A stretch of 64,000 nucleotides of DNA from Eubacterium sp. CAG:180 (GTDB lineage Bacteria > Bacteroidota > Bacteroidia > Bacteroidales > Muribaculaceae). Each line of letters starts with the position of its first letter. Position 1 is the stretch's first letter. The DNA is taken from contig CAVAPE010000001.1 in the NCBI GenBank assembly GCA_963590405.1, positions 18,399-82,398 on the forward strand, read 5' to 3'. Shown here one piece after another: positions 9,525 to 17,679 of the stretch. The notes under the pieces were generated by a model. That model made no database searches. It was not told the DNA's origin and worked only from the letters and a program-made list of their open reading frames with translations. The translations under genes and the position numbers were made by a program.

Positions 9525-10202
9525 TTAGTCTTCCAAGAGGTCCGGACGCAGTTCGCGCGTGCGCTTCAGCGCCATCTCGTGTTTCCAGTCGTCGATGCGT
9601 GCCTGATGTCCCGAGAGGAGCACGTCGGGCACACGCCACCCCTTGTATTCAGCCGGGCGCGTATAGACCGGTGGGGCAAGGAGGTTGTCCTGAAAAGAGT
9701 CGCTGAGAGCCGACTGCTCGTCGCCGATAGCGCCGGGGATGAGCCGCACGATGGCGTCGGTGATAATCGCCGCTGGGAGTTCGCCGCCGGTGAGCACATA
9801 GTCGCCGATAGTGATTTCGCGTGTGATGAAATGTTCGCGGATGCGGTAGTCGATGCCCTTGTAGTGACCGCAGAGGATGATGAGGTTTTCCGACAGCGAC
9901 AGTGTGTTGGCCATCTTCTGGTCAAACTGCTCTCCGTCGGGGGTGACGAAAATCACCTCGTCGTAGTCGCGCTGCGCCTTCAGCGCCGTGATGCAGCGGT
10001 CTACTGGCTCAATCTGCATAACCATACCAGCCTCGCCGCCAAACGGATAGTCGTCGACGTGGCGATGCTTGTCGAGGCTATAGTCGCGGAGGTCGTGCAC
10101 CACGATTTCTACAAGCCCCTTGTTTTGAGCCCTTTTAAGGATAGAACAGTTGAGCGGCGACTCGAGCATTTCCGGCAGAACTGTTATGATATCAATGCGC
10201 AT
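9525..10202 (-). CDS. trmD: tRNA (guanine37-N1)-methyltransferase
   Basis: [13 protein letters not shown]..., [20 protein letters not shown] and [10 protein letters not shown] are typical TrmD SPOUT motifs. Confidence 0.95.
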   Translation of the reverse strand: MRIDIITVLPEMLESPLNCSILKRAQNKGLVEIVVHDLRDYSLDKHRHVDDYPFGGEAGMVMQIEPVDRCITALKAQRDYDEVIFVTPDGEQFDQKMANTLSLSENLIILCGHYKGIDYRIREHFITREITIGDYVLTGGELPAAIITDAIVRLIPGAIGDEQSALSDSFQDNLLAPPVYTRPAEYKGWRVPDVLLSGHQARIDDWKHEMALKRTRELRPDLLED

Positions 10203-10209
10203 TGTGGCG

Positions 10210-10217
10210 CAAAGTTA
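10210..10217 (-). promoter_or_regulatory. candidate -7 box (TAACTTTG on the minus strand) for trmD
   Basis: The + strand reads caaagtta, 8 nt from the trmD ATG. Confidence 0.35.
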
Positions 10218-10290
10218 CTCACTTTACGCATAACCGCAAAACACGAGTGCCGAAAATGTTAAAACTGCCGTTCCCTCCGCCTCCGCCGCG

Positions 10291-11334
10291 CTATTTTTTA
10301 TGGTAACTGCGGTTTTTGTTGCCTCCGCGGGCTTCGAGATATCCCAAGTCGACAAGTTTGCGCAGATGCCGCTTGGCGGTGCTGTCTGAAAATCCGAATT
10401 CCGAAACAATGTCTTCCGTGCTGATTTCTTCTTTGTCGGCCAAAAATGTGAGAATATCGCCCAATTTTTGGGCTAAAGATGGTTTTATCGACCATTTATC
10501 GACCATTTCTTGCACAAAATCCGATTTATCGACCATTTCTTCGGCGATTGACCGCCGATATTGGTCGATATCCGACTTCAGATGACGACAATGTAATTCC
10601 GTCATACAGTCGATGAAAATTTCGATGTTTTCTTCTTCTCTTGTGTCAATTAATGATTGGATGTATTCCGCTTTGTCTTCCTTAAGCACCTTCATAGGCA
10701 ACTTGCCAAACTCCATTTGCAGCAAGTTCATCAACAGTCTCGACATTCTGCCGTTGCCGTCAGCCCAAGGATGGATAGTGACAAGTTCGTAGTGCGCCCA
10801 AAAACTGAGTTCGTAGACCGCTGCGTCGTCGTCCGCGTCTATTGCCGTGCGGCGTTTGTTGAGTTCTTCACAGAATGCAGCCAACTTGGAAGGAACTTTC
10901 TGAAAAGCCATATATGAACGTCCTCCAAACCCTGCCGTAACATTGACTTTGCGAATTTCACCTTTCGATGCGTCAAACGAGCCGCCCAAAGCGTTGTATA
11001 CGCTTCCAGTACGAGCCATAACCTTTGAAGCGAGCGTTATGAGCCATTGAGGGGTGACGGGCAGATGCTTCTTTATCCAAATCATCCCATAGTCGTAGGC
11101 GGCCTTTAGGTCAAGGTTCATCATCTGCTCAATCAGGGTGCGCTTTGGCGAAGTGATGCCTCCTTCAAAAAGCAACTGCGCTTCGACCTCGGTCACAGTA
11201 CTGCCCTCAATCGCCGTTGAATGGGTAATGATGGAGTACAGATAGAACTTGTCGTAGTCTATCTGTTCCGAAATTCCCAACTCCTTGTGCCGGTTGAGTA
11301 AATCGAGTAATCTGTCTTTTTTGTCACCGTTCAT
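10291..11334 (-). CDS. Fic family protein with an N-terminal inhibitory-helix-type motif and a C-terminal winged-HTH
   Basis: The Fic active-site motif HPWADGNGRMSR fits HxFx(D/E)GNGRxxR. STAIEG upstream fits (S/T)xxxE(G/N). The C-terminal STAKRHLRKLVDLGYLE is wHTH-like. Confidence 0.85.
   Translation of the reverse strand: MNGDKKDRLLDLLNRHKELGISEQIDYDKFYLYSIITHSTAIEGSTVTEVEAQLLFEGGITSPKRTLIEQMMNLDLKAAYDYGMIWIKKHLPVTPQWLITLASKVMARTGSVYNALGGSFDASKGEIRKVNVTAGFGGRSYMAFQKVPSKLAAFCEELNKRRTAIDADDDAAVYELSFWAHYELVTIHPWADGNGRMSRLLMNLLQMEFGKLPMKVLKEDKAEYIQSLIDTREEENIEIFIDCMTELHCRHLKSDIDQYRRSIAEEMVDKSDFVQEMVDKWSIKPSLAQKLGDILTFLADKEEISTEDIVSEFGFSDSTAKRHLRKLVDLGYLEARGGNKNRSYHKK
10486..10541. repeat. nested direct repeats inside the Fic CDS: a perfect tandem 11-mer plus an 18-mer repeated at a 30-nt period
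   Basis: tatcgaccatt occurs at 10486-10496 and 10497-10507. atttatcgaccatttctt occurs at 10494-10511 and 10524-10541. The protein shows EMVDK...EMVDKW. Confidence 0.9.
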
Positions 11335-11415
11335 ACGTCAACACAAAGGTAAACAAATCGTTCGAAAAAATCGGAAATGGTGGGTGTCAAATTAAATTCG
11401 TAACTTTGGGGAATT

Positions 11416-12747
11416 ATGAGACAACCTTACATCAGGCATTACTGCGCCACGCTGAAACTCGGCATTCCGCTTTGCATCGGTCAGATCGGTGTGATTCTCG
11501 TGGGGTTTGCCGACACCCTTATGGTGGGGCGCTATGGCACTGGCGACCTCGCTTCGGTGTCGTTTGTCAACAACCTTTTCAACCTCGTCATCATCACCCT
11601 GCTCGGCTTCTCCTACGGCATCACGCCCATCATCGGCGGCATGTTCGGTCGTGGAGACAACGAAAAGATTGGCTACACATTTCGCAATGCGCTCACTGCC
11701 AACATCGCAGTGGGACTGCTGCTCACGCTCGTAATGGGTGTGGTGTATCTCAACCTCGACAAACTCGGGCAGCCTGCCGAACTTCTGCCAACCATCCGCC
11801 CGTACTACATCGTAATCCTCGTGTCGATGGTGTTCGTGTCGATGCTCAACGCGTTTCGGCAGTTCACCGACTGCTTGCTGCGACCGTCGGTGGGTATGTG
11901 GATTCTGCTCACCGGCAACGCCGTCAACATCGTGTTCAACTACCTACTCATCTACGGCAAGTTGGGCTTCCCCGAACTCGGAGCACTCGGCGCTGGCATC
12001 AGCACCCTCGGCTCGCGCATACTGATGGTGGCAATCTACATCGTCGTGCTCTTGCGCGGCGAGGCTTACGCCGCTATCCGACGGTCATTCTTCGCTTCGC
12101 GGTCGCGCCTCAGCGAAATTCTCATGGTTGCCAAAACTTCGCTGCCAATATCGCTGCAGATGGCTATGGAAACAGGCACATTCACCTTCGGTGGCGTGAT
12201 GATGGGGTGGCTCGGTACGCTCGAACTTGCGAGTTATCAAGTGATTATAACCATCGGAACACTCGGCTTCATGTTCTATTATAGCATCGGCGCTGCTATG
12301 GCCATACGCGTGGCAAACTACCACGGACGTGGCGACATCGCCAACGTGCGGCGTGCGGCGTGGTCGGGCTATCACATACTGCTGCTTATGGTGCTTGGCG
12401 TTTCGATGCTTTTCCTGTTTTTCAAAGTGCCGCTAATCAGTATTTTTACCAGCGATGCACGTGTCGTTGAAACCGCCTTGCTCCTCATTCCTCTGCTCAT
12501 TGTGTACCAGTGCGGCGACGCAACGCAGATAGGCTTTTCCAACTCCCTGCGCGGCATTTCGCAAACGGTGTCGATAATGTGGGTTGCTTTCGTGGGCTAT
12601 GTCGTGGTAGGCATCCCGAGTAGTTACGTGCTCGGCTTCCCGTTGGGGCTCGGTAAGGAAGGCGTGTTTCTTGGCTTCTGCCTTTCACTTTTCACCGCCG
12701 GCGCACTCTTCATGTGGCAGTTCCTGCGCGCCGTGCGCAAACGCTAA
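11416..12747 (+). CDS. MATE family efflux transporter
   Basis: 443 aa, about 12 TM in two similar halves, with a NorM/MATE-like sequence pattern. Confidence 0.85.
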   Translation: MRQPYIRHYCATLKLGIPLCIGQIGVILVGFADTLMVGRYGTGDLASVSFVNNLFNLVIITLLGFSYGITPIIGGMFGRGDNEKIGYTFRNALTANIAVGLLLTLVMGVVYLNLDKLGQPAELLPTIRPYYIVILVSMVFVSMLNAFRQFTDCLLRPSVGMWILLTGNAVNIVFNYLLIYGKLGFPELGALGAGISTLGSRILMVAIYIVVLLRGEAYAAIRRSFFASRSRLSEILMVAKTSLPISLQMAMETGTFTFGGVMMGWLGTLELASYQVIITIGTLGFMFYYSIGAAMAIRVANYHGRGDIANVRRAAWSGYHILLLMVLGVSMLFLFFKVPLISIFTSDARVVETALLLIPLLIVYQCGDATQIGFSNSLRGISQTVSIMWVAFVGYVVVGIPSSYVLGFPLGLGKEGVFLGFCLSLFTAGALFMWQFLRAVRKR

Positions 12748-13457
12748 AACCACAGTTGGAAATTCTGTCGCGGCAGTTTCTTTTCAATCACCGCGATGCC
12801 CATCTTGCCATTGGTAAAGGTCATGCCGTAGGTGAGCGACGACTGCAGTTGCTGCCATAGAGCCTTCACCACATCGTCGTGCTGGATGTTGCGCACCACA
12901 ACCACGGCTTCCCTCGTCGCCAATGCCTTCAGCCATTCGCCCACCTCTTGGGCTTCGTCGGCATCCACCCTGTTGACCACGATGTAGGGGCGACCTTCGC
13001 CGACGGCTTCTTCGTAGTCGGCAATGGCTTCACGGCTTGTGCACGACACCTCGATGCGGTCTATCAAGTCCTGCAGTAGCACCAGCGCCACATCCTGACC
13101 GTTGCCGTCGCCTGAAAGCCACATGCGTGAGCGTGACGACACACGCAGCGTGCTGAACGCCGACACGCCGAAATTAGAGCCTAATTGGAGCACTTTCTGA
13201 GGGTTGAAATAGTTTGCCACGCGAAACATCATGCGAGCGCTCTTCTCCGAAATCATCTTCGGCTTGCGCACCTTCAGCAACTTCTTCACTCGCCGCGCCT
13301 CGTTGCGTCGCGCCTCGATGTCGGCATAGGCATAGTAGGCAGCCTGTTCGCGCAACACGTTGAGCACAAAACTGAAAGCAAAGGGCGAATGGATGCCAAA
13401 CCCCTTGCTTTTGCGGTAGCGCTTCAGCGCTGTGCAGTATCGCCTGAACTTGCCCAA
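12744..13457 (-). CDS. hypothetical protein, possibly a class I SAM-methyltransferase-like fold
   Basis: 237 aa. KVLQLGSNFGVSAFS resembles MTase motif I. It sits 3 nt downstream of the YfhO gene and overlaps the MATE stop by 4 nt. Confidence 0.45.
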   Translation of the reverse strand: MGKFRRYCTALKRYRKSKGFGIHSPFAFSFVLNVLREQAAYYAYADIEARRNEARRVKKLLKVRKPKMISEKSARMMFRVANYFNPQKVLQLGSNFGVSAFSTLRVSSRSRMWLSGDGNGQDVALVLLQDLIDRIEVSCTSREAIADYEEAVGEGRPYIVVNRVDADEAQEVGEWLKALATREAVVVVRNIQHDDVVKALWQQLQSSLTYGMTFTNGKMGIAVIEKKLPRQNFQLWF

Positions 13458-13460
13458 ATG

Positions 13461-16106
13461 CTATTCCTTTCTTCTGCCGCAGGCAGCAATGGCTGCCAAG
13501 AGTGCTATGATGAGAGCAATATAAACGATAGTGATTGACGTGTAGGCAACCTTCTCGGTGGCGTGGATTGACTGCGGGTCGAAGCGCATCACAATTTCGT
13601 GCGAGCCAGCCGGCACACGGATGCCGCGGAGAGTGTAGTCAACGCAGGCAATCGGCGTGTCCTTGCCGTCGATGGTCGCTGTCCAGCCCCATGGGAAGAA
13701 CACCTCAGAGAACACTGCTATGCCGCCGTTCTTCGTGGTGGCACGGTAGCGCAACTCGTTGGGCTTGTAGGGCGCAGAGAGGCTGATGGTGTCGCCCGGT
13801 TGCTTCGCCACGGACGCGCCAAGCGTTGCCTTGTATTTGCTGTCGGCAACCGCCTTCACTGCCGGGTCGGCTTTCTTCAAGGCTGCCATCTCGGCATCTG
13901 CTCCGTCGGCATATTCAACCTCGCTTACGAGCCATGCGTTGCCGAGGACATCGGGATTTTCCATCACAAACTCGTCGCCGATTTTGATGTATTTGGTGTT
14001 GAGCATGTTGAGCGCACGCATATCCACCTTTGTAAGGTCGATTTCGCCCTGTTGCGCCTGATTGAGCAACGCACTCTTCGCAGGGTTAATCATCTGCTCG
14101 ATGAGGTCGTTGTAGCGCGTGAGTTTGGCTGCGTGGTAGCCGCCGATGCTCTTGTGGAAATACGACGGGGTGGCTGAGCCGAAGTTGCCCACGTCCATCA
14201 TGCGGTAGTACGACTTGTCCTGCATTATCTGCTGGTCGGCCTTCGTAGGGATAAACATCAGCGAAGTGTCCTCCTTGTGGTCAACAAACATATCCTTGTT
14301 TAGGTAGCGTTTGTCCACTTGGAACATATCTACGAGCACCACGGCAATGAGGATGCCCGTGAATGCCTTGCAGTTGAGTTTGCCTTTGAGATATGCCCAC
14401 AGCAGAGCCATTCCTGCCACGAGGAAGAGAAGGCTGCGCAGAGAGTCGGCTGCAACCATCGACAGGCGCGCCTCCTTCACGATGCCAAACACGCGGGCGT
14501 AGAACTGCTGTTCCAGACCTGCCGTGCTGCCGATAGCCTCGTTGAAACTCTCAGTCTCGTAGACGCTCAGTCCAGAGCCGTAGATTGAAGGCATCAGCCA
14601 TCCCAACAGACAGAATGCCGCCGGAATGCCGAACGCCACATAGATGGCGCGCGAATGGTTGGCAAAGAAGTCCTTTTCAGAAATTATCTTTTCGAGTGCC
14701 ATCACCGCAAGGATAGGCAGCGTAAATTCAGCAATCACGAGGATGCTCGCTGGCGCACGGAACTTGTCGTACATCGGGAAGTGGTCAATCATCCAGTAGG
14801 TGAGCGGCGAGAAGTTGTGACCCCAAGAGAGAAGTACCGAGAGGATGGTGACGGCAAGCAACGCCCACTTCATCGGACCTTTGACCACAATCAGTCCGAG
14901 CAGAGCCAGCGCGAAAATCAGCACGCCCACATAGACTGGACCGTTGGTCATAGGCTGGTTGCCGAAGTACTGGCGGAACTGACCCACCATATCCTGCAGT
15001 TGCGGACGGATTTGCTCGTCCTGCGAGGCATCGCCCGTAATCTGCGACGTCTCCACAAGACTTTTCGCCTTGTCGAGGTCGAGCACCGATGCCGGGGCAA
15101 GACCACCGCCGTCGGTAATGTCGTTTGGCTTCACCGTAGCGCCGCCTTTCACGTTAGGGATTATGAGCGTGAGCGTTTCGTCAACGCCGTAACTCCAACT
15201 CGTCACCTTGTCGCGGTCAATGCCATTCTTGTTCACGTTGTGCGACGCACCGTCGGCAGCCGCCTTCGGAGTGAGCGCCGTTGAGCGTCCGCGCACCGTT
15301 TCTTTGCTGTATTCGTAAGTGTTGTAGAGGCTCGTGAGGTTTGCACCTACGGCAACGATTGCCGCCACGGCAAGCACGCCAGTCGCCTTCAGCCAGTTCT
15401 TGATTTCCTTCTTGCGGTAGGCTTCAACAAAGTATGCCACCATCATTGCCACCACGACGAAGAGGAAGTAGTAGGTCATCTGCACATGGTTCGATGCAAT
15501 CTGCAGCATAGCAAACACCGCAGTCAGCGCGCCGCCAGAGAGCCATTTGCCGCGGTAGGCAAGCACCATACCGGCGATTGTGGGCGGCACGTAAGCCAGC
15601 ACGCAGTATTTCCAGATGTGTCCTGCACCGATAAGGATGAAGAAGTACGACGAAAAGCCGTAGGCTATGGCGCCCAGCAGTGCCAGATACCACTTCTTGC
15701 GCATGGCGAGGAGCAGGATGTAGAAGCCTGCCATCATCATAAACACGAGGTTGGCAGGGCTTGGCAAACCCAGTCCGAAGACGGTCTGCAACGCACTCAC
15801 GAGATGCGAACTGCTATAAGCAGGCGAAATCTGGAATGTAGGCATACCGCCAAACAGCGAGTTGGTCCAGCACGTCTTTTCGCCCGTCTGCTCGAAATAT
15901 TCCTTAGCCTCCTGGCCGTTGGCAAGACCCTGCATAATGTCGTTCTGCTGGAGCGATTCGCCAAGGCTGGTAGAGAAAAATGCGAGCGAAATCACCACAA
16001 GGATTGCTGCGCCAAGCACACCGAAGCGGAAATCTGTGCTTTTCGCCAGATTGCGCACGCCGTCGGTTATCGTTTTCAAACTGAATTTCTGCATATTGAG
16101 TATCAA
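13461..16106 (-). CDS. YfhO family membrane protein (putative glycosyltransferase)
   Basis: 881 aa with an N-terminal multi-TM block, a large extracytoplasmic C-terminal region and a terminal TM, as in the YfhO family. The start could instead be the Met at 16094. Confidence 0.7.
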   Translation of the reverse strand: MILNMQKFSLKTITDGVRNLAKSTDFRFGVLGAAILVVISLAFFSTSLGESLQQNDIMQGLANGQEAKEYFEQTGEKTCWTNSLFGGMPTFQISPAYSSSHLVSALQTVFGLGLPSPANLVFMMMAGFYILLLAMRKKWYLALLGAIAYGFSSYFFILIGAGHIWKYCVLAYVPPTIAGMVLAYRGKWLSGGALTAVFAMLQIASNHVQMTYYFLFVVVAMMVAYFVEAYRKKEIKNWLKATGVLAVAAIVAVGANLTSLYNTYEYSKETVRGRSTALTPKAAADGASHNVNKNGIDRDKVTSWSYGVDETLTLIIPNVKGGATVKPNDITDGGGLAPASVLDLDKAKSLVETSQITGDASQDEQIRPQLQDMVGQFRQYFGNQPMTNGPVYVGVLIFALALLGLIVVKGPMKWALLAVTILSVLLSWGHNFSPLTYWMIDHFPMYDKFRAPASILVIAEFTLPILAVMALEKIISEKDFFANHSRAIYVAFGIPAAFCLLGWLMPSIYGSGLSVYETESFNEAIGSTAGLEQQFYARVFGIVKEARLSMVAADSLRSLLFLVAGMALLWAYLKGKLNCKAFTGILIAVVLVDMFQVDKRYLNKDMFVDHKEDTSLMFIPTKADQQIMQDKSYYRMMDVGNFGSATPSYFHKSIGGYHAAKLTRYNDLIEQMINPAKSALLNQAQQGEIDLTKVDMRALNMLNTKYIKIGDEFVMENPDVLGNAWLVSEVEYADGADAEMAALKKADPAVKAVADSKYKATLGASVAKQPGDTISLSAPYKPNELRYRATTKNGGIAVFSEVFFPWGWTATIDGKDTPIACVDYTLRGIRVPAGSHEIVMRFDPQSIHATEKVAYTSITIVYIALIIALLAAIAACGRRKE

Positions 16107-16184
16107 ACTATGTGTTCAAAAAAATCGCGGTAAAATTACTCAAAACCACCCAATCCCACAAATGCCCGCCGCAAATTCCCCTTG

Positions 16185-16227
16185 ACACAACAAAAGAAGG
16201 GCTCCGCCAGTGTCGGCGAAGCCCCTC
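16185..16227 (-). terminator. intrinsic terminator after the porin gene (end of the glpT operon)
   Basis: A 13-position GC-rich stem (16196-16208 / 16215-16227, two mismatches) followed on the minus strand by ttcttttgttgtg. Confidence 0.5.
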
Positions 16228-16254
16228 GGTTATCTAACAAATACTATCAAACCA

Positions 16255-17619
16255 TTAGAATGTGAACTGTACGCGAGCCTGAACAGCGTGTACGTTCTTG
16301 TCGTGTGGCAGACGGTCGATGTCTACGCGGTGCCAAGTGTAGTCAAGCATAACTTGAGCGAACTTGTTGAATGCATAGTTCAAACCAATTGTCGTAGAGT
16401 AGATGTTGCCACCGCCAACGCTTGTTGCGCCAGTTGCTGGCCAGTCTACGAGGTAGCCATCAGCATAGTATTGGTCACGGCCTGCAGAGTAGTATTCACC
16501 CTTAGTGAGGTCGTTGAGGCCAGTGTAGTTGAAACGTGCTACGAGTTCGAGCGACTTGCCATTGAGGCCGTTGAGCACACCGTCAAACTTGTTGTAAGTG
16601 TAGTCGTTGCCGAAGAACTTGTAACCCAACTCAACGTATGCACCGTTGAAGTGGTTAGTGCGGATCTTGTTTGCAGTTTCCCACAAGTCGATGTCGCCCC
16701 AACCGTCGATGTTGTCCTGGCTGGCAATGAAGATGCTGTAAGAATCGCGGTGCTTAGTGATGAGTTTGTGTTGATACTCAGCACGTGCGAAGAAGTTAGG
16801 TTTAACCAACAATGCTTCAACGCCGAAGTTTACAACCTCGTTAGCCCATGGCAATGTAGCGCTGCAGAATTTGTTGTTCTCGTCAACGTAAGTTTCGAGT
16901 GACTGACCCAAAGAGTAAGTTTTCTTCAAAACTGTAGAACCCTTTGTAGTTTGCTCCTCGCCACCACCGAGTTTAGAGTAGCGTGCGCTCACACCGATGT
17001 GGAACACATTGCTCTTGTCGGCTGCAGTGCGGAATGCCCAGCGACCAGCCAATGTTACGCCGTTGTAGCCAGCAGCCAAACGGTTGTATGCGCTTTCAGT
17101 GAACAAACCTTGGTAAGCCAACCAGTTGTCGTTAGAGAACTTGTAGGTGATACCGAGTTCACGACCTTCGCCGAGTGAGTTGGTCATACCTGCGCGAGAG
17201 ATGAAGTGGTAAGAACCGAGGGAAGTTTGGCGAGCCATTGTTCCTGCAGGGTCGTTGTAGTAACCAACCTTAACTGCGTGTGTGCCACCGTTTTCACCCT
17301 TTGTTGCATACTGGAGGAAGATGTTCTTTTGAGAGAACTTGCCACCACCGAAGCCGAAGTCAGCGTAGAAGTACCAGTTTTCGCCGTAACTCATGCTTGT
17401 GCGGATACGTGCGTCGCTGATTGTAGCACCGCTCTTCAGAGGAGTAGTCTCGGTGTTGTAGTAGGCAGCATCAGCCATGAAGCGTGCGCCAACAGTAAAT
17501 TTGACCTTCTTCTCCTTGTTGTCGATTTTCAAAGTCGGGTTGTTGTCGAAGTCCTGTGCAGTAGCAGTAAGGGCCATAACAGCCAAAGCCGACATGAGAA
17601 TATATTTCTTATTTTTCAT
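16255..17619 (-). CDS. outer-membrane porin, phosphate-selective porin O/P-like (tentative)
   Basis: Signal peptide ...LTATAQ, beta-barrel periodicity and a C-terminal ...RVQFTF. It is the last gene of a glpT-GDPD operon. Confidence 0.55.
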   Translation of the reverse strand: MKNKKYILMSALAVMALTATAQDFDNNPTLKIDNKEKKVKFTVGARFMADAAYYNTETTPLKSGATISDARIRTSMSYGENWYFYADFGFGGGKFSQKNIFLQYATKGENGGTHAVKVGYYNDPAGTMARQTSLGSYHFISRAGMTNSLGEGRELGITYKFSNDNWLAYQGLFTESAYNRLAAGYNGVTLAGRWAFRTAADKSNVFHIGVSARYSKLGGGEEQTTKGSTVLKKTYSLGQSLETYVDENNKFCSATLPWANEVVNFGVEALLVKPNFFARAEYQHKLITKHRDSYSIFIASQDNIDGWGDIDLWETANKIRTNHFNGAYVELGYKFFGNDYTYNKFDGVLNGLNGKSLELVARFNYTGLNDLTKGEYYSAGRDQYYADGYLVDWPATGATSVGGGNIYSTTIGLNYAFNKFAQVMLDYTWHRVDIDRLPHDKNVHAVQARVQFTF

Positions 17620-17679
17620 TGTTTTGTTCTGTTTAATTAATTAAGAATAAAATTCCTTTTTCTGTTAGCCTTGATTTGA

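Noticed and set aside
11406-12284. 292-aa ORF in an alternative + frame over the MATE gene
   Set aside because: Its extremely Arg/His/Gln-rich product overlaps the 12-TM MATE frame, which has the coherent hydrophobic pattern.
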